DNA from: Phycisphaerales bacterium
GTDB taxonomy: Bacteria > Planctomycetota > Phycisphaerae > WQYP01
DNA: 64,000 nucleotides
Direction: 5' to 3'
Assembly: GCA_027451365.1 (NCBI GenBank)
Contig: DAIDJN010000054.1
Coordinates: forward strand, 3,690-67,689
Shown in pieces: positions 59,941 through 64,000 of the stretch. The position numbers and the translations under genes were made by a program. The stretch's first letter is position 1. Every line of letters begins with the position of its first letter. The notes beneath the pieces were generated by a model, which saw only the letters and a program-made list of their open reading frames with translations, was not told where the DNA came from and searched no databases.

Positions 59941-62900
59941 TTACGCAGCTGTTGTGTGTGCGTCGGCGGCCGCCGGTGTCGCCGAACGGTTGTCAAACCG
60001 CACGGCCACGCGCTTGCTGACACCTTGTTCCTGCATGGTGACGCCATACAACAGATTGGCCACCGCCATCATCCGTTTGTTGTGGGTAATAACCACAAAC
60101 TGGCTGTGTGCGTTGAATTCCTGAACAATGGCGGCAAAGCGGCCGGTGTTGGATTCATCCAGGGGTGCGTCGACTTCGTCCAGAATACAGAATGGCGATG
60201 GTTTGCTTTTGAAAATGGACATGACCAGGGCAATCGCGGTCATTGCTTTTTCACCACCGGACAGAAGGCTGATGGATTGCAATTCCTTGCCCGGAGGCCG
60301 CGCCATGATATCAATGCCCGATTCCAGAATATCCTCCGGATTTTCCAGCACCACATCCGCTTTGCCACCACCAAACAGCTTGCGGAACATTTCCTGGAAT
60401 TCCGCTCGGATGGCGTTAAATGTTTCCTGGAAGCGGCTGCGGGAATCGTCATCAATTTTGCCGATCAGTTCCTCAAGTTGCCGCTTGGCCTCCACAATAT
60501 CCGCGATCTGGGCCGTCAGGAATTTCTGCCGTTCTTCCAACTGTCCCAGTTCATTGATCGCATCTAGATTCACATTCCCCAGCCGGGCCATGCGGCCGCG
60601 CAAATCATCAATTTCCGCCGCCATGGCCGCAAAATCAACATTTTCCGGCGGCGTGTAATCCTTGTGCAATTCCACCAGGTTTACGCCGGTTTCCTCAGCG
60701 GACCGTTCCACCAGCGTCTCCAGCCGCACGCTTAATTCATTTTCGGATAATGACAAGGCATGTTCCTGCTGGGCCAGCGCGTCAACTTCCTTTTGTCGAT
60801 CGCCCAGATCCTGATTGATTTGTTGATGGTCCTGCCGCAGCGCGGCAAGACGCTGTGAATTTTCCCGCACATTCTCCTGCGCGGTTTCCAGCAGGCCCGC
60901 GGCATGGGCGGCCTTTTCCTGATGGCTTTGCGCGGCGCGCTGCGCCTCGCCGATTCTGTTTTCCACGGCGGCCATATCATCGGTCAGGCGCGTCAACTGC
61001 GATTGTGCGTCACGGTGTATCTGTTGCACCTGTGCCAGTTCGCGCGCGGTGGCCGCCCGCTGTTCCTGGGCCTGCCCCAGCGATACGCGCAACTTTGTGG
61101 TCTGTTCGGAAAGTTCCGCCAGAGCTTCGCGGCGGCGCTGCAGCTCGCCAAGGCGTTCCTGCACGGATTGCTCAAGTGTCTTAAGAGCCTGTTCGCTCCC
61201 CGTGGTCTCATTCCTGAGGGTTTCGATGGCCTGGTCACACAGAGCGGCCTGCTTGTGCAGATGCTGCGTTTCATTCTGAATCAGCGGCTGTTCGCCACGA
61301 AGTTTATCGATCTGTCCGCTGGTCTGCTGCCACTGGGCGTTGGCCTGCGCGTGGGCGGTCTGAGTGTGGAACAGTTCGTCGCGCAACGTCTGCTGTCTGG
61401 CGCCAAGCTGCTGCGACTGCTGGTCACATTCGGCACCGCGCCCGGTAAGTTCTGTAATCTGGGCCTCGGTATCGGCTATTTCCGCGGCCAGGCGGGTTAA
61501 TTCACCGCGGCGGGTAATGGTGCCGACTTTGCGCGATCCATCTCCCAGCTCCAGAGATCCGTCCGTGTTCAGCACCTCGCCGGCACGGGTGACATAGCGG
61601 TAATGCCGTGGCCCACTGCGTTGTGCGGTCAGCGCCTGTTCCAGTGTATCCACCACCAGCGTGCGGCCCAGCAGCCGCAAAACCAGCGGCGCAACGGCGG
61701 GTTGATAACGAATAAGATCAATTGCCCGCACGCCAGCCAGATTTGCCGCCGTATCATCGGCGTCTTCGCGGTAGGGTGCCAGTTGATCCAGACAAATCAC
61801 GCGCGTGCGACCGGCAATTTGCCGCCAGGCACCTGATTCCGCGCACAACTGGTCGGCGGATTCAACCATGATCGCGGTCAGCATATCGCCGAGTGCCGCT
61901 TCAATTAGCGGGGCGGTCTGCACGTCGGCGTCAATTAAATCTCCGACCATGCCTTTGACACATGCAAAACCCTGCCCGGCATCGCGCCGTTTGAATATTT
62001 CCTGCACCGGCTGGGCCACGCCCTCGCGCCGGCGTTCCAGATCGCGCAGCAGATTCTGGCGGCTGATCAGGGCACTGCGGTTTTCGCGCTGCCGCCCGAG
62101 TTGTTCCATCAGCTCGGCCATGCGCTGGTTGTTCGCCTGCTGTCGGGTGCGAATATCCTCTATCTCCCGCTGTTTTGCACCGGCGGTGGCGGCCAGTTCG
62201 TCGCGCTGGGCGGCCAGCTCCGCCACACGCGCTTCCTGCTGGGCCAACTGGGCTTGAAGTTCCGCGACACGCGCATCCAGCCGTTCAATCTGTTTATCTA
62301 TGTTCTGGCGGGTAACGGTCTGGGCGTTCAGTTGGCTCTGGGCGCGGGCAATCTGCCGCATCAGATCCACCGCACGGGATTTGTCCTGTTCCACTTCGCG
62401 GTTAAGTTCCGCCATCTGCCGCGCTGCCTGTTCCTGCTGCCGCGCCTGACCGGCCAGCGCTTCCTGGCACTGGGCCGTATGTTGTTCCGCCGCGGCTTGC
62501 GCGGCGGTTTTCTGGCTTATCTGTTCCGTGGCCGCCGCCAGACGCGCGGTCATTTCTCCGTGCCGCTGCTGGATTAATTCGCGCTGCTGGGCAAGCTGCT
62601 GGCCCTGTTCTCCCGCAAAGGCGGCCTGCTGCCGCAGCGATTGAAGCTGAGCCTGCAAGGCTGCCAGCTCGCGTTCAGCTTCGCGGGCGGTCTGCCCAAC
62701 GGCATCTATTTCCAGTTGCAGTTCCTGCTGCCGCTGACGCGATTCATCCAGCAGACGCCGCTGGTGCCCCAGTGTATCGGCGGCGTCTGCCCGCTGGGCA
62801 CCCACGCGGGAAAGCTTTCCATGAAGCTGGTGATATTCATAAAGGCTGTGGCTGCGCCGCAAATCCGCAAGTTTTTCCGCATATTCCTGATAGCTGCGTG

Positions 62901-63534
62901 CCCGCCCGGCCTGCACCTTCACCGATCGCAATTGCCGTTCCACTTCATCCAATACCAACTGGCTCTGCGCCAGATTCTGATCTGTCTTTTCCAGTTTGCG
63001 CAGAGTCTCTTTTTTCCGGGCTTTAAAACGTGAAACGCCGGCGGCTTCTTCGAAAATCTCCCGCCGCTCCTGGCTGTTGGAATCCAGCAATGCCGAAACG
63101 CGACCCTGTTCAATCAGCGAATAAGCATCCACACCAATGCCAGTGTCTAAAAACAGTTCGCGAATGTCTTTCAGTCGGGCCATCTGATTGTTCACCAGAT
63201 ATTCCGAGGTCAAGTCGCGGTACAGCCGCCGCGTTATTTTGACTTCGTCGGCATCAATCGGCAAACGGCGGTCTTCGTTGCCAAACAGCAGCGAAACTTC
63301 GGCCATGCCCATCGGCTTTCGATTGCCCGAACCGTTGAAAATAACATCCAGCATGGCCTCGCCGCGCAAGGACTTGGCTGACATTTCACCGAGTACCCAT
63401 TTTACCGCGTCCACCACGTTGGATTTGCCGCAGCCGTTGGGACCGACAATGCCTGTAATGCCCGAATCAAATTTGAATTCCGTAGGTTCAGCAAATGATT
63501 TGAACCCGGCAAGCTCCAGAGAAAGGAGTTTCAT
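59941..63534 (-). CDS. smc: Chromosome segregation protein SMC
   Basis: GFKSF, GPNGCGKSN, coiled coils, hinge, LSGGEK, LDEVDAPLD, ITH; start at ATG 63534. Confidence 0.97.
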   Translation of the reverse strand: MKLLSLELAGFKSFAEPTEFKFDSGITGIVGPNGCGKSNVVDAVKWVLGEMSAKSLRGEAMLDVIFNGSGNRKPMGMAEVSLLFGNEDRRLPIDADEVKITRRLYRDLTSEYLVNNQMARLKDIRELFLDTGIGVDAYSLIEQGRVSALLDSNSQERREIFEEAAGVSRFKARKKETLRKLEKTDQNLAQSQLVLDEVERQLRSVKVQAGRARSYQEYAEKLADLRRSHSLYEYHQLHGKLSRVGAQRADAADTLGHQRRLLDESRQRQQELQLEIDAVGQTAREAERELAALQAQLQSLRQQAAFAGEQGQQLAQQRELIQQRHGEMTARLAAATEQISQKTAAQAAAEQHTAQCQEALAGQARQQEQAARQMAELNREVEQDKSRAVDLMRQIARAQSQLNAQTVTRQNIDKQIERLDARVAELQAQLAQQEARVAELAAQRDELAATAGAKQREIEDIRTRQQANNQRMAELMEQLGRQRENRSALISRQNLLRDLERRREGVAQPVQEIFKRRDAGQGFACVKGMVGDLIDADVQTAPLIEAALGDMLTAIMVESADQLCAESGAWRQIAGRTRVICLDQLAPYREDADDTAANLAGVRAIDLIRYQPAVAPLVLRLLGRTLVVDTLEQALTAQRSGPRHYRYVTRAGEVLNTDGSLELGDGSRKVGTITRRGELTRLAAEIADTEAQITELTGRGAECDQQSQQLGARQQTLRDELFHTQTAHAQANAQWQQTSGQIDKLRGEQPLIQNETQHLHKQAALCDQAIETLRNETTGSEQALKTLEQSVQERLGELQRRREALAELSEQTTKLRVSLGQAQEQRAATARELAQVQQIHRDAQSQLTRLTDDMAAVENRIGEAQRAAQSHQEKAAHAAGLLETAQENVRENSQRLAALRQDHQQINQDLGDRQKEVDALAQQEHALSLSENELSVRLETLVERSAEETGVNLVELHKDYTPPENVDFAAMAAEIDDLRGRMARLGNVNLDAINELGQLEERQKFLTAQIADIVEAKRQLEELIGKIDDDSRSRFQETFNAIRAEFQEMFRKLFGGGKADVVLENPEDILESGIDIMARPPGKELQSISLLSGGEKAMTAIALVMSIFKSKPSPFCILDEVDAPLDESNTGRFAAIVQEFNAHSQFVVITHNKRMMAVANLLYGVTMQEQGVSKRVAVRFDNRSATPAAADAHTTAA

Positions 63535-63815
63535 GGGCCGGACCTCCTTGCGGCAGTGGACATCCTTGAACTGCGAATTGGCTGTCGGGCTTTGTTGAAA
63601 CCAATATATGAAGCCAGACATTCGCCAACGGCTTTACACAAGCCATTGAAACTACTGCCCGCAATAATACCAGATATAGCGCCGCGACTGCAAATAGGCC
63701 GCGTTTATTCGGCGCGCCAATTCCCAATGACAACGTCCGCGCGCCACCGGACGCCAAACGTTGTCTACGCGGCCGTCGGTTTAAAATTAATTTCGTCCAA
63801 AAGTGCTGCCGTATG

Positions 63816-63846
63816 GGAATAGGAGCATATTAGGAATAGGAGCATA
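63816..63846. repeat. Perfect 14-bp direct repeat GGAATAGGAGCATA x2
   Basis: Copies at 63816-63829 and 63833-63846 (period 17). Confidence 0.85.
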
Positions 63847-64000
63847 AATGAAATCCAGTTGATAGTTAACGGGAGAAGTTTTTAGAAAAATCAGGAGAAA
63901 ACCATAGACGTTTCGCACAGACCACCATGGGCCGCCAGACAGGTGTATTGGTCCTATTGCTGCAATGTGAACCACCTGGAGAAACTGACCGGCGGCAATT

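Overview
A 64 kb stretch of a fairly GC-rich bacterial chromosome. It is probably from a Planctomycetota (Phycisphaerae-like) organism, inferred from the PEP-CTERM surface proteins, the HEAT-fused FlgI-like lipoprotein and the planctomycete-type hypothetical proteins. The backbone is housekeeping: copA-like ATPase, aroA, gpsA, rdgB, parB with two perfect parS sites, an RluA-family gene, coaE, rho and smc, which suggests an origin-proximal region. Embedded in it are: (1) two isolated phage-tail-like genes with no other phage genes in the window; (2) an 8-gene Ehr (hydrogenase-4-like, lacking the Ni-binding motifs) membrane complex led by an HTH-PTS-EIIA regulator whose promoter carries 10-bp-phased direct repeats; (3) a ~5.8 kb orphan Rhs toxin/immunity island bracketed by direct-repeat remnants of a Y1/RAYT-like transposase, with a 66-bp REP-like repeat ahead of each toxin module; (4) several secreted glycoside hydrolases; (5) internally deleted gene scars (rhamnosidase, AbiEi/AbiEii); (6) two PEP-CTERM-type surface proteins; and (7) a long structured leader upstream of rho. 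I saw no rRNA, tRNA or CRISPR array. All family calls come from recognising motifs by eye, not from database searches.
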